The notes: generated from the sequence alone by a model not told the origin. A stretch of 64,000 nt of DNA from Lama glama (GCA_028534125.1 CM052817.1:44952001-45016000), one strand, 5' to 3'; positions 1-15,100 are shown, numbered from the stretch's first letter. Program-made: numbers and translations.

Positions 1-1712
1 GCAAAAGAAGAGATACAAACAAGTATATACCGCATGATTTAATTAATATGGAGTACAAAATCAAGCAAAACACATCTACAGCATTACCCCCATCCCTGGA
101 AATCTCTTACTTGTATCTATGAGCTTGATTTTTTGTTTCTGTTTTTAGATTCCACATATCAGTGAGATCATATGTTATTTGTCTTTCTGTGTCTGACTTA
201 TTTCATTTGGTATGCCCTCAAGGTCCATCCATGTCAGAACAGTAGTACTCTGAATGGGAGGTAGTAACTGGAAGAGACACAAGGCGAGCATCTGGGATGC
301 TCGTTAGGTTGTTTTTGGTTCTGGGTGTTAATTATACTGATGTATTCAGCTTATGAAAATTCACCAAGCTATATACTTACATGTATTTTCTTCTCTCTGT
401 GTGTACATACACAACTACTCAATGAAACATTTTAAACTGTCATGAAGTGAACCCACTTCTACAAAACCCATCTATACTCTTCAGACTCTTCCAGACCTCT
501 AGCCTCTGCCCACTTCACTGGCTAAGAAATTTAAGATTAAAAACACTGAATAGACTCTCAGCAACTGCACCATTTTAAAAAACAGAGTTTGGTTAGAAAG
601 AAAAAAGAGTTTCCACATGTTTTCAGGCCTTATGTTTGCACTGACTTGCATTTACGTCCCAGGTATGTGGGCCTACAGGGAATGCAGTAGGGGGATTTAC
701 CTGTATTTGGCCCACTAAAGCCTATTAGATTCATCAATATATCACACGAAAGACTGAGTCTAACAAACACACACTGCAAGAAGTTCAAGGTAAGTTTGGC
801 CTTATTTATTCTCAATATGCTTTTGCTCCATTCTTGTTTACTTCCAGAAAAACATAATGACTTGATATTTGTATATACTGTGAAATGATCACCACAATTA
901 AGTCTAGTTAACATCTGTTATCATATCTAGTTACAAATTTTCTTTTCTGATGAGAACTCTTAAGATTTAGTCTCTAGCAACTTTCAGATGTGCACTAGAG
1001 TATTATTAATTACAGTTGCCAATTCGATCCTCATAACTTATTTTACAGCTGGGACTTTTGTACCTTTTGACTCCCTTCCCCTTTTTTGCCTAACCCTCAT
1101 CCCCACCTCAGGCAACCAATCTCTTCTTTGTATTTATGAGCTTGATTTTTTGTTTCTGTTTTTAGATTCCACATATAAGATCATATGTTATCTGTCTTTC
1201 TCTGTCTGACTTATTTCACTTGGTATACTGCCCTCAAGGTCCATCCATTGTTACTACAAATGGCAAGAATTCATTCTTTTTTATGGCTGAGTAATATTCC
1301 ACTGTGTACATATGTACCACATTTTCTTTATATATATTCATCCATCAGTAGGCACTTAAGTTGTTTCCATATCTTGGCTACTGTAAATAATGCTATAAAG
1401 AACATGGAGTTGCAGAAATATTTTCAACCGAATGTTTTCATTTTCTTTGGATAAACACCCAGAAGTGGAAATATTGGCTCATATGGTAGCTCTATTTTTA
1501 ATTTTTTGAGGAAGCTGCATACTATTTTCCATAGTGACTGTATCAATTTACATTCCCACCAATAGTGCACAAAGATTCCCTTTCCTTCACATCCTCTCCA
1601 ACATTTGTTCTTTCTTGTTTTTTTGATAATAACCATTGTAACAAGTGTGAGGTGACATCTCATATCTCATGGGTTTGTTTTGTGTTTTTAATTTTCAGCA
1701 AACCACTCAATT

Positions 1713-2660
1713 CTTTTTCTTATAATTGAAGTATAGTTGATTTAAAATCTTGTGTTAGTTTCTGTGTTATGTGTTAGCATAGTGATTCAACTTATCCCTC
1801 CCCCTCTTTCCCTTTTTATTACCATAAGTTTGTTTTCTATGTCTGTGAGTCTGTTTCTGTTTTGTAAGTAAGTTAATTTGTGTCATACTTTCAGATTACA
1901 TACAACTAATACCATGTAACACTTGCCTTCTTCTCTCAGACTTACTTCACTTAGTATGATAATCTCTAGGTCCATCCATGTTGCTGCAAATGGCATTATT
2001 TCATTCTTTTTATGGCTGAGTAGTATTTCATTATATATATATGTAAAATTTCAATATATATATAAAAAATTGGAATACATTACATATATGCATTATATAT
2101 ATAATGGAATACTACTCTCTCTATATATACATGTGAATGTGTGTGTGTATGTGTGTGTGTGTGTGTGTGTAGTATATTCTGGAAGTTAAGCCCTTGTCAG
2201 CTGCATCATTTGCATCACTGTGGTATATATGTATACCATAACTTTATCCAATCATCTGTCAATGGACATTTAGGTTGCTCCCATGTCTTGACTACTATAA
2301 ACTGGGGTGCATGTATCTTTTCAACCTGGAGTTTTCTCTGGATATATGCCCAGGAGAGGGATTGGTGGATCATATAGTAAGCCTATTTTTAAATTTTTAG
2401 GTAATCTCCATACTGTTTTCCATAGTGTATGCACCAAATTACACTCCTACTAACAGTGTAGAAGGGTTCCCTTTTCTCCACACCCTCTTCAGCATTTATC
2501 ATTTGCAGACTTTTATGATGGCCATTCTGATTGGTGTGAAGTGATACCTCATTGTAATTTTGATTTGCATTTCCCTGATGATTAGTGATGTTGATCTTTT
2601 CATCTGTCTGTTGGCCACCTGCATGTCTTCGGAAAAATCTCTCTTCAGGCATTCTGCTCA
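1713..2660 (-). mobile_element. Second L1 3' end nested in the older L1 (inner boundary approximate)
   Basis: A second T-rich tail and 3' UTR followed by a repeat of the ORF2 C-terminal segment already seen at 1250-1665. Confidence 0.75.
2138..2170. repeat. Imperfect (TG)n microsatellite inside L1
   Basis: Read directly from the sequence. Confidence 0.9.
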
Positions 2661-5600
2661 ATTTTATTTGGACAGTTTTTTTTCTTATTGAGTTGATGAG
2701 TTCCTTACATATTTTATATATTAACCATTTATGATATGTATGGTTTGCAAATATTTTCTCCTATTCAGGCTGTCTTTTCATTTTTAGATGGTTTTCTTTG
2801 CTATGCAGAAATTTCTTGATTTGGTATAGTCCCACTTGCTGATTTTTGCTTTTGCTGCCTAGGCTTTTGGTGCCAAATCCAAAAAAAATCACTGCCAAGA
2901 CCAATGTCAAGGAGCTTACCACCTATGTTTCCTCTAGGAGTTCTATGATTCAGGTCTACAAATTTTAAGTTAATTTTTGTATATGGTGTAAGACAGTGGC
3001 CCAGTTTCATTCTTTTGCATGTGGCTGTCCAATTTTCCCAACAACATTTACTGAAGAGATTGTCCTTTCTCCATTGTATATTGGCTCCTTTGTCAGAAAT
3101 TAATTGACCATATACACATGGGTTTATTTCTGGGCTTGCCATTCTGTTCCACTAATCTATGTGTCTGTTTTTATGCCAATATGATACTGTTTTAATTACA
3201 TCTTTGTAATATAACTTGTAATCATGCAGTGTGGTGCCTTCAGCTTTGTTCTCCTTTCCCAAGATTTCTTTGGCTATTTGGGGTCTTTTGTGGTTCAATA
3301 CAAATTTTAGGATTTTTTTGGTCTATTTCTGTGAAAAAATGCCATTAAAATTTTGAAAGGGATTATACTGAACTGTAGATTGCTTTGGGTAGTATGGACA
3401 TTTTAACAACATGGATTCTTGCAATCCATGAGTACAGAATATTTTCCTATTCCTCTGAATCTTCTTCAACTTCTTTCATCAATGTTTACAGTATTCACCT
3501 CCTTGGTTAAATTTATTCACAGATATTTTGTTATTTTTGGTGCAATTACAGATGGGATTATTTTATTTCTCCTTTTGATAGTTTGTTATCAGTGTACAGA
3601 AACACAATAGATCTCTGTATTGATGTTGTATCTTGCAAATTTACTGTATTAGTTTTAACTTTTTTTGAGGAGTCTTCAGGGTTTTATCATGTCATTTGCA
3701 AACAGTGACAGTTTTACTTCTTCCTTTCCAATTCACTTGCATTAATGTCTTTTTTCTTGGTGGACTGCTCTGGCTAGGATTTCCAATACTATGTTGAATA
3801 AAAGTAACAAGAGTGGACATCCTTGTCTTGTCCCTGATTTTACAGGAAAAGCTTTCAGCTTTTCACTACTGAGCATGATATCAACTGTGGGCTCATAGTG
3901 TATAGCCTTCACTATGTTAAGGTACATTCCCTCTATATCAACTTTGTGGAGAATTTTTAGCAAAAATGGATATTAAGTTTTGTAAAGTGCTTTTACTGCA
4001 TCTATGACAATGATCACACGATTTTTATCCTTCATTTTGTTAATCTGGTTTATCACACTGATTGATTTGTGGATGCTGAACCATCCTTGCATCCCTGGAC
4101 TAAACCCAACTTGATCATGGTGTACAATCCTTTTAATGTATCTTGGTTTGCTAACATTTTGTTAAGGATTTGTGTATGTTCATCAGGGACACTGGCCTGT
4201 ACTTTTCATTCTTTGTTGTGTCTCTGTCTGGTTTTGGTATCAAGTTATGCTGAACTATAAAATGAGTTATGAGCTTGGAAGTATTTCCTCCTCTTCTATT
4301 TCTTGGAAGAGTTTGAGAATGACTGGTGTTTACTCTTTTTCAGATGTCTGGTAGAATTTGCCAGTGAAGCTATCTGGACTTTTATTTTGGGGATGCTTTT
4401 AATTACTGATGCAATCTGCTTACTAATAATCAGACTATTCAGATTTTCTATTTATTCCTGATTCACTCTTAGAAAGTTGTTTGTTTCTTGGAATTTATCC
4501 ATTTATTCTAGGTTGTCCAATTTGTTGGTGTCTATTTAGTTTGTTGTAGTCTCTTATGATCCTTTCTATTTCTGGGGTATCATTTGTATGTCTCCTCTTT
4601 GATTTCTGATTTAATTTATTTGAGCCTTCTCTTTTTTTCTTAGTGAGTCTAGCTAATGGTTTGTCAATTTTTTTTTTATAAACAGCTCTTGGCTTCATTG
4701 ATCTTTTCTGTTGTCTTTGTCTCTTTTCATTTATTTCTGCTATGCTATTTCTTTCCTTCTCCTAACTTTGGGCTTTATTTGCTCTTCTCTTTCTAGTTCT
4801 TTGAGGTGTTAAGTTAGGTTGTTTATTTGAAACTTTTCTTATTTCTTGCAGTAGGCATTTATTACTATGAACTTTTCTCTTATAACTGCTTTTACTGCAT
4901 CCTATAAATTTTCGTATGCTGTATTTCCACTTTTGTTTCTCTCAGGTTTGCTTTCAACTTCTTTTTTACCTACTGATTTGTACAGGAGCATGCTGTTTAA
5001 TCTCCACATATTTATCAATTTTCCAGTTTTCTTCTTATAGTTCCATGCCACTGTGACTGGAAAAGACACTTGACATAATTTCAGTCTTCTTAAATTTGTT
5101 AAGACCTGTTTTGTGGCCTAACACATGATCTATCCCAGAAAATGTTTCATGTGCACTTGAGAAGGATGTGTATCCTATTGCTTTTAGATGGAATGTCCTG
5201 TATATTTCTGTTAAGTCCATCTGGTCTAATGTGCCATTTAAGGCCAATGTTTCCTTGTTTATTTTCTGTCTGGATGACCTATCAATTGATGTAAGTAGGA
5301 TATTAAAGTCCCCTGCTATTATTATACTGCTGTCTGTTTCTCCCTTTAGGTCTGTTAATATTTATTTTATGCATTTAGTAGGTTAATATATATTTTAACT
5401 TAGGTTAATAATTAGGCGCTCCTATACTGGGTGCATAAATATATACAAATGTTTTATTCTCTTGTTGGACTGACCCCTTTTTCACTATATAATTCCCTTC
5501 TTTGTCTCTTATTACAGTCTTTGTTTCACAGCCTATTTTGTCTGATATAAGTACAGCTACACCAGTTTTCTTTCGGTTTCTATTTGCATGGAACATCTTT

Positions 5601-6184
5601 TCCCATAACTTCACTTCCAGTCTGTGTGTGTCCTTAACTTTTAAGTGTGTTATTTGTAGGCAGCATATTGGTAAGTTTGGTTTTGTATTCACTCAACCAC
5701 TCTACGTCTTTTGATTGGAGAATTTAGTTCATTTACATTTAAAGTAATTACTGAAAGGTATGTACTTATTGCCATTTTGTGCATTGTTTTCTGGCTATTT
5801 TGTAGTTCCTCTGTTCCTTTCTTCTTCTGGCTACTCTCTTCCTTTGTGGTTGATTACTCTCCTTAGTGGTATGCTTATATTCCTTCTCCTTTTATTTTTT
5901 GTATATAGTATAGGTTTTTGCTCTGTGGCTACCAAGAAGCTTACCTATAACAGCTTATATTTATAACAGTCTATTTTAAGTTGGTAACAACTTAACTTTG
6001 AATGCATTCTAAAGCTCTACATTTTTATTCTTACCCCCCCAATTTTGTTTTTGATGTTACATTTTACATCTTTTAATTGTGTGTATTCCTTAACTAATTA
6101 TGATAGTTGCAGCTGTTTTTACTACCTTTGTCTTTTAGCCTTTATACTAGCCTTCTAAGTAATTAATCCACAACCTCTATCATA

Positions 6185-6661
6185 CAGACATACCTTGTTT
6201 TCTTGCACTTTGCTTTAATGTGCTTCACCAGCTACTGCATTTTTTACAAATCAATAGTTTGTGGCAACTCTGCCTTGAGAAAGTCTGTTGGTGCCATTTT
6301 TCCAATAGCATTTGCTCACTTCATTTCTCTGTATCACATTTTGGTAATTCTTGCAATATTTCAAACTTTTAAATTATTATTATGTCATGGTAATCTGTGA
6401 TCAGTGATCTTTGATGTTACAACTTGGAGAAGGTTCAGATAATGGTTAGCAATTTTTAGCAACAAAGTATTTTACATTAAGGTATGCACACTGTTCTTCT
6501 AGGCATAATGCCAGTGCAGGCTTAACAGTCTATGATACAGAATAAACATAAATTTTATATGCACTGGGACAACACAAAATTCACATTAACTTGCTTCACT
6601 GTGATACTCACTTTATTGTGGTGATCTGTTACCAAGGCCACAATACTCTGAGGTATGCCCA
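6185..6661 (+). mobile_element. Tigger1-derived non-autonomous DNA transposon
   Basis: TIR-like ends cagacatacct and aggtatgccca, TA on both flanks, and internal Tigger1-like sequence. Interrupts the L1. Confidence 0.85.
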
Positions 6662-9256
6662 TATATTTTACCCTTAGCAATGAGTTTTATACTTTCATAT
6701 GTTTTGTTGTGACTAATTAGTGCCCTCTTTCAATTTATTTAGGTCTCTTTAACATTTCTTGTAATGCTGGTAATATGAGGTACTCTTTTAGCATTTGCTT
6801 GTCTGGAAAACTCTCTCCTTCAGTTGTGAATGATAACTTTGTGGGTAGAATATTCTTGACTGTAGGTTTTTTCATCACTTTAAATGTATCATGTCACTCC
6901 CTTTTGCTTTGTAACGTTTCTGCTGAAAAATCTGGGGCTTATCTTGTGAGGATTCCCTTATACATACATAACAAGTTGTTTTTCTCTTGCTGTTTTTAAG
7001 ATTCTCTCCTTGTCTTTAACTTTTGACATTTCAATTACAATGAGTCTTCTTGTGGGTTTCTTTAGGTTCATCTTATTTGGAACTCTCAGGGCTTCCTGGA
7101 TCTGGATGTCTGTTTCTTTCCCCAGGTGAGGGAAGTTTCGACCATCATTTATTCAAATAAGTTTTCTCCCCTTTCTCTCTCTCCTGCCCTTCTAGGACTC
7201 CCATAATACAAATGCTAGGCCACTTGATGTTGCCCTGTAAGTTCCTTAAGCTATCTTCATTTTTTTTTTTTTTGCATTTTTTTTTTTTTTTGCTACTCTG
7301 ATTAGGTGAGTTCTTCTGCCTTGTATTCAAGTTCACTGACTCTTCTGTTGCATCTAGTCTCCTCTTGAACCTCACTAGTGTATTTTTTAGTTCAGTTACT
7401 GTATTATTCAGCTCTGTGACTTCTGTTTGAATCTTCAATCTTTTAAATCTCTTTGTTGAAGTTCTGTGTTCATTCATCCTTCTAAGTTCAGTGATTATTT
7501 TTATGACCATTACTTTGAACTCTTTATCAGGTTAATAACTTAACTCCATTTTATTAAGATTTTTTTTCTGTGGTTTTATCTTGTTCTTTCATTTGGAACA
7601 TACTCCTCTGTTTCTTCACTTTGCTTGACTCTCAATGTTGATTTCTATGCGTTAGATAAAATAGCTGCCTCTCCCAGCCTTGAAGGGTTGGCCCTGTGTA
7701 GGAGATAAATCTTGTCATTCAACTCTGCCCTAGCTTTTCAAACCTTTGTGATCATTCAGGCAGCCCATTTTATTTTTTAATAGCTCTCAGTAGCTGAGGG
7801 TGTGTCAAAACCAGTTAGTGTCCCAAAAGGAAGAATCTCATTCAGCATCTAGTTTCAGGCTGATTAAATCCAGACCCCCTTAGGCAACAGCTTCTTAAAA
7901 ATGCAAATATATACAGTTCTTTGGGACAAGTGCAAGCACTGCTGGTCCCCAGAACCAAGTGATCTGCAGGTATCTCCTGGGCAGAGGTCATAAAAATCAA
8001 GGCTCCAGATGAGTGTGTATGCTCCATTCTAAGAGATGCCAGTAAGCTGTGGCAAGGCAGAGGGAAGGCAGAAAGAAGCCTGTTCCTATGGCCAAAGCTC
8101 CAGGAGTAACAAGTAGGTGTCTTTCAAAGAAAGACTAGGAGAGTGTTTTAGTCCACTTTCTGTGCAGTGTCCTGGGAGTGGCAGCCTTCCAAGAACTGTC
8201 TCTGTAATTGTTACAGTCCTGTGGGACCCAGGAACATCAGTCCCCCTGGCCACCAGAGTAAGGCAATCAAGGTGTGTCCCCTGGCAGCATCTGCAAAAGT
8301 CAGGGCATCAAAGAAGGGTATAAGCTCCTATATGGAAGATACCAGTGAGCTGGAACAAAGCAGAGGGAAAGCACAAAACCGGAGTCCACCTTGGAAATAC
8401 TAGTGCAGCAGAGGGAGAGCACAAAGATGATACCAGCTGGTTGGAGCAAGGCAGACGAGGTGGGGTACAAAAATGGCACCTGCCAAAAAGAGGAGAAAAA
8501 AAGTTGGAGAAGGCATCCACTGGTTTCAGCAAGGCAGAAAGAGATCATAAACAATGGTGCTCATAGACTGGAGCATACAGATGACTCCCACTGGGAAGGA
8601 AAAAAGAAGAAAAGATGACACCCCTGAGCTTTAGCAAGGCAGAAGGAGAGCATGATGACAGTGCCCACTAGCTTCCATCCCAGGAGAATATCCCAGCAAG
8701 CTCTTGCCCCTCAGACCAACTGTTTCAAAATTAGCAAATGAGTCTTTTACATATAAAGTCTGAGTGCTGTTCAAAGGGCTGCTTCTGTGCTGTACTCTAG
8801 AGCAGCCGGGTCCGCATACAGACCCTTTAAGAACTATACTGTGGTTTGTCATGGCCCCACAGGTCACATGGATGTGAGCCCCACTGGTCTTTAAACCCAG
8901 ATATTTTGAGGCTTTGTCTCTCAGTTAATAGTCTTTAAAGTTGGGGTGCCCAATGTGGAGTATAAGCCCTTCACTCCTCATGGAGAAGCTCCAAGTTTCA
9001 AGTTCCCTTCCAATTGTGGGTCACAGTGCCAGAGGCGGAATTTATGGCAAGATTGTGCCTCTGCCTTTCATACCCACTTAAATGTGGTTTCCCTCTCATT
9101 TGTCTAATGTTAAGACTTGAGCCATCTGTTTTCAGTTTTTTCCCAGGAGAAACCGTTCCATACATGGCTGCAGATTTGGTATGTGGGAAGAGGTGAATAC
9201 AGGATCTTCTCATGTCACCACCTTGAACTGGAACCTCTAGTTTTTAACTCTTGATT

Positions 9257-9579
9257 TCATTCATCCATCCATTCATCAACAAATATCTGAGTCCTCACAA
9301 TGTTCCAGGAACTGTTTTAGGTACTGGAGATATATCAGGAAACAAAATAGATAAACATTCCGCCCCTTGTCAAATTCACATTCTTGTGGGAGGGGGGCAG
9401 TCAAATAACAACTAAAACAAATAAATTACACAAGTATGTTAGAATATAGTAAGTATTAGGGGTTTTTTAAAGTAATACAAGGGAGATTTAGGAGTCCATG
9501 GAGAGTTTGCCACCTAAAATGGATGGTTGAGGGAATCCCTGAAAAGGTGACTTGAGCAAAGATTTGAAGGAGATGAGGG
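9257..9579 (-). mobile_element. L2 3' fragment
   Basis: Starts with cattcatccatccattca...aaatatctgagt, the typical reverse-complemented L2 tail. Confidence 0.7.
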
Positions 9580-9914
9580 AGCGGAAGAGGCAAGATGGCG
9601 GAGTAGAAGGACGCTTCTAAGTCACCCTCTCCCACAAATACACCAAGACCCACATCTACAGACCCACTCAGCCAACCAGAGCACCTGCGGAACTCCAACA
9701 GAACATCGCCCTCTTTAAAAGATAAAGATGCCAAAAATCTGGTAAGAGAAAAGGAAAAAAGAAAGAACAAAAGACAAAGCAGCGCGGGACGGGTCCCGAA
9801 GGGAGGGAGCAGCAAAGGAGGACTGGCGCCCGCTCGCTGGGTCTCCCCTCTCCAACTGAGAGGCCAGCGGGACGGAGGGGGAGCCTCCGGGGCTTGGATC
9901 TGTACAGAGCAGCC
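9580..9914 (+). mobile_element. 5' UTR of a young L1, cut by an assembly gap
   Basis: Starts with gaggcaagatggcggagtagaagg (YY1-type L1 start) and retains many CpGs. Confidence 0.85.
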
Positions 9915-10414
9915 NNNNNNNNNNNNNNNNNNNNNNNNNNNNNNNNNNNNNNNNNNNNNNNNNNNNNNNNNNNNNNNNNNNNNNNNNNNNNNNNNNNNNN
10001 NNNNNNNNNNNNNNNNNNNNNNNNNNNNNNNNNNNNNNNNNNNNNNNNNNNNNNNNNNNNNNNNNNNNNNNNNNNNNNNNNNNNNNNNNNNNNNNNNNNN
10101 NNNNNNNNNNNNNNNNNNNNNNNNNNNNNNNNNNNNNNNNNNNNNNNNNNNNNNNNNNNNNNNNNNNNNNNNNNNNNNNNNNNNNNNNNNNNNNNNNNNN
10201 NNNNNNNNNNNNNNNNNNNNNNNNNNNNNNNNNNNNNNNNNNNNNNNNNNNNNNNNNNNNNNNNNNNNNNNNNNNNNNNNNNNNNNNNNNNNNNNNNNNN
10301 NNNNNNNNNNNNNNNNNNNNNNNNNNNNNNNNNNNNNNNNNNNNNNNNNNNNNNNNNNNNNNNNNNNNNNNNNNNNNNNNNNNNNNNNNNNNNNNNNNNN
10401 NNNNNNNNNNNNNN
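9915..10414. other. Assembly gap (500 N)
   Basis: Exactly 500 N, so probably a placeholder of unknown true size. Confidence 0.99.
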
Positions 10415-12149
10415 AAAACATTCTGAATTTAACTAAATTTTTACTTAAAGAAGACAGCCTCAACTCAGAAGTAACTAAATTTTAACTGGCAAGATGAATG
10501 TTTCCCCAGTAGTGGACATGAAAGCTTGTGAAGTATGCTGATTCCAATATATAGAAATTCAATTTCCTTTTTGCACATGGTTCCCCATCTACATTGTGAC
10601 ACTCCGCTATTGGGGAAAATTGTAGTCTGTTCTCTGATGGCTGTTAATCTGGTCTCCAGAAGTGGTGACATTTATTTGCTGGTTTCATGCAGTGTTTTCT
10701 AAAGGTCCTGAATGCCCTGCTAGTAAATTTCCCCACCAGTAAATCCCACTACATCCTCCTGGCATTGGGTATTCTAAAGAATAATTTCTATGTCCTCTCA
10801 CCTTATTAGGTGGTCCTCCAGCAAACCCCAAAATGAGCTTCCTTGGCCTTGCTGAGTAGATTCTTATAGAAGACTATAGCTGGTGTGTGCCCCAGGTACC
10901 TTCACTCGGCCCAAAGGGAAACCTATGAATTCCATCACAACAATCTTGATTTGGTAGAAAACCATAAAAAAGGAGCTTTTGTCTGCTCTCAATTCATTCT
11001 GCTACTTTGCTATTTTCAATTTATTGCTTGGCTGGTCTCATGTTATACATGATGCTTTTATAAGTGACCCTGAAAATGGCCCAGTTTCCCCAAGGAGAGG
11101 CAAGAAAACAATCTCTACCACACCAGGGTTCTTTCAAACTTAGGTTGTTTCTAACCTCCTACATTAACTCTCCACAGCTTCAGTCCAGAGGAGCCAGGAT
11201 GCTGGAGTCTAATGTTTTCTCCTTCTTCTTTTCTTTCTGTTCTACTCTCCTACTCCCAATTCCTGTTAGAGGTACTCCTATATGCTGTTTATTTCTCCTT
11301 CATCCTATGAACCTCCTTTTTCTGCCATTATCTATTTTTTTTCCCCTGAACTACTAATGACTTAATCTTAAAGGTGACTGGAGTACAGACAGAATAGAAT
11401 TTTAGAGGGAATGAAAGCATACCTACTTAGTATTATCAAAGTAATCCAAAATATTACCCCTGTAATATTAAATATACAACAATTAAAATATATTATTACA
11501 TTTTTAGACATGTCTCTATTGGTAAATTTTAACTCTCTAGGCTTTAATTCTCAATTTTTTTCTACACTACACATTCTCATCAAGGACAATGGATCTCTAT
11601 GGCAATAATTTCAGTGTTTATGTGTACGTGTGGAGTGAGTTAGAATGCGAGAAGTATGGTATTTCCAAAAGAAAGCCTTCCGAAATTTTTCACATGTCCC
11701 TCGTGATATACATCAACTTATCTTCAAATCTCCTAGAATGCTCCTTATCATATGTCTTTTCGCTATGAGTACTCCAAAATTGTTTATGAAATAAGGTAAG
11801 AGAGGGAGGAAGAGAGAGAGGAAAGAAAGTCAGTAGTCTTACTAAGCTTATAAGATTCCCAGGATAAACATTAGCAAGAACAGTATCAGAGCATCTTTAG
11901 ACATTAAGGACTAGGGGCAACAATTTAGCTTTTGCAGCTAGATCTGATGTGCCCATGTCCTTGAAAAGAAGCTTTACTCATAGGGACTTTCCAGTAATAG
12001 TGGTAAGATCTTCTGTTTTTGGTCACCTGGAATTTTAATTTTAGCTTCAATGAACACTTAGATCAGCGATGACTTAAAACCACATACCTCTATGCCTCAG
12101 CATTCTTGTACTATTTATTGATACCTGTTACACACACAGACACTCAGTT

Positions 12150-15100
12150 ACAGGAAGGATATCACACTCATTATATATTACTAACCCAATACAAGAGCAG
12201 CTAAATATATAAAGCAAATATTAACAGACATAAGTAGAGAAACTGACAATAAACAATAAGAGTAGGCAACTTTAACAGCCCACTTACATCAATGGACAGA
12301 TCCTCCAGACAGAAAATCAATAAGGCAAAAGTGGTCTTAAGTGACACAGTAGAGCAGCTGGACTTAAAATATACCCACAGAATATATTCCATCCAAAAAT
12401 AGCAGAATACACATTCTTTTCAAACATACATAGAACAATCTTCAGGATAGAGCACGTGCTAGGCCACAAAATAAATCTCAACAAATTTAAGAGGACAGAA
12501 ATTATATAAAGCATTTTTTCTGACAACAGTATAACCAGAAATCAGTTACAGAAAGAAAAATGGGAGAAGCACAAACACATGAAGACTAAATAACATGCTA
12601 CTAAAAAAACCAATGGATCAATAAAGATATCAAAGAGGAAATCAGAAAACACCTCAAGACAAATGAAAACAAACATCATTTGGAAACACAACTTTCCAAA
12701 ATTTATGGAATGCACCAAAAACAGTTCTAAGAGGAATGTTTACAGCATACAGGCTTACCTCAAAAAACAAGAAATATCTCAAATAAAAAAAAACCCTAAT
12801 TCACTATCTAAATGAATTTGAAAAAGAACAACAAAACCTAAATTCAGCAGAAAGAAGGAAATAATAATGATTAGAGAGGAAGTATATAAAATAGAGACAA
12901 AAAAAATCAATGAAATCAAGAACTGGCTTTTGAAAGAGATAAACAAAATTGATAAAGCTTTAGCCAGGCTCATCAAGAAGAAAAGAGAGAAAACCCCAAT
13001 AAACATATAAGAAATAGAAGAGGAAAAATAACAACTAATACTGCAGAAATAGAAAAAAAATCATAAGAATACTATGAACAGGTATATGCCAACAAATTGT
13101 AAAACCTAGAAGAAATGGACAAGTTTCTAGCAATATAAAGCCTGCCAAATTGAGTCAAGAAGAAACAGATAATTTGAACAGACCAATCATTAGAAATGAA
13201 ATAGAATCTGTAATTAAAAAACTCTCAGGAAAGGACAGCCTCACTGGGGAACTCTATCAAACATAAAAAACTTATACCTATCCTTCTCAAACTATTACAA
13301 AAGATTGAAGAGGAGGGAAGCACTATCACCTTGATACGAAAACCAAAGACATTACAAAAAAGGAAAATTATAGGCCAATATCTCTGATGAATATAGATGC
13401 AAAAATCCTCACCAAAATGTTAGGAAACAAAATCCAACAATATATATAAAGGATCATATACCATTCTCAACTAGGGTATTTTCCCAAAGATGCAAGGATG
13501 GTTCAATATTTGGAAATCAATCAATGAGATACACCACATTAACCAAAAAGGTAAAAATCACACTATCATCTCAACAGACACAGAAAAAAGCATTTGACAA
13601 AATTCAACACCCCTTCATGCTAAAAACCCTCATCAAAGTTGGTATAGAAGGGAACATATCTCAACATATTGAAGGCCATTTATAGCAACCCACAGCTAAC
13701 ATCACACTCAATGGTGAAAAGTTGAAAGCCTTGCCTCTAAAATCATGAAGAAGACAAGGTACCCACTCTTGCCACTTCTGTTTAATATAGTATTAGAAGT
13801 CCTAGCCACAGCAATCAGATAAGAAAAAAGAAATAAAAGGCAACCAAATTGGAAGGGAAGAAGTAGTACTGTCCCTAGTTGCAGATGACATGATACAATA
13901 CATAGAAAACCCAAAGTCTCTGCCAAAAAAAGCTCTTAGAATAAATGAATTCAGTAGGTTTCAGGCTACAAGATTGATATACAAAAGTATGTTGCTTTTC
14001 TATACATTAATAATGAATTAAAAGAAAAAGAATTTCAGAAAACAATCCCATTTACAATTGCATCAAAGAGAATAAAATACCTAGGAATAAACTTAACCAA
14101 AGAGATGAAAGATCTATACTCTGAAAACTATAAAACATTGATATAGGAATTTGAAAACGATATAAAGAAATGTAAAGATACTCTGTGTTCCTGGATTGGA
14201 AAAATTAATATTATTAAAATGTCCATACAATCTACAGATTTAATGCAACCCCTATCAAAATACTCATGGCATTTTTCACAGATCAAGAAAAAAAAAATCC
14301 TAAAATCTATATGGAATCCCAAAAGACCCCAACTGCCAAACAGTCTGGAGAAAAAAGAACAAAGATGGTGGTATCACCCTTCCCTGACTTCAGACTATAC
14401 TACAAAGCTACAGAAATCAAAACAGAATGGTGCTGGCACAAAAACAGACACACAGATCAATGGAACAAAAGAGAGAGGCCAGAAATAAACACATGCACTT
14501 CTAGTTAATTAATCCACAACAAAAGAGTCAAAAATATACAATGGATAAAAGACTCTTCAGTAAGTGGTACTGGGCAAACTGGAGAGCTCCATGGATATCA
14601 ATGAGATTAGAAAATTTCCTCACACCATATACAAAAACTCAAAATGGATGAAAGACCTAAATGTAAGACCAGACACCATAAAATTCTTAGAGGAAAACAT
14701 AGGCAAAACACTCTTTGACAAAAATCACAGCAATAATTTTTAGATCTGTCTCCTAAGGCAAAAGAAAAAAAAATAAACAAATGGAACTAAATTAAACTTA
14801 AAAGTTTTTACACAGCAAAGAAAACCACCAACAAAAGAAAAGATAACCTACCAAACAGGAGAAAATATTTGTAAGTGCTATGACTTATAAGGGGTTAATA
14901 TTCAAAATAAAAAATAGCTCATACAACTAAGTATCAAAAACAAACAACTTGATTAAAACATGAGCGGAAGACCTGAACAAACATTTCTCTAAAGAAGACA
15001 TACTGATGGCCAATAGGCACATGAAAAGATGTTTAACACTGCTAATCATCAGAGAAATGCAAATCAAAACCACAATGAGATATCACTTCACACCTGTCCG

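Larger units (their letters stand above)
856..9236 (-). mobile_element. Near full-length degenerate LINE-1 with nested insertions
   Basis: Minus-strand ORF fragments match L1 ORF1 (7145-7510), endonuclease (5035-5692), RT (GTRQGCPL, 3742-3963) and the C-terminus (HYWWECKL). The 5' UTR extends to a caaggtggtg-like start at about 9236. Many frameshifts and stops. Confidence 0.9.

Noticed and set aside
9456..10463. Long ORFs across N-runs (also 28411-29058)
   Set aside because: Artefacts of translating assembly gaps.
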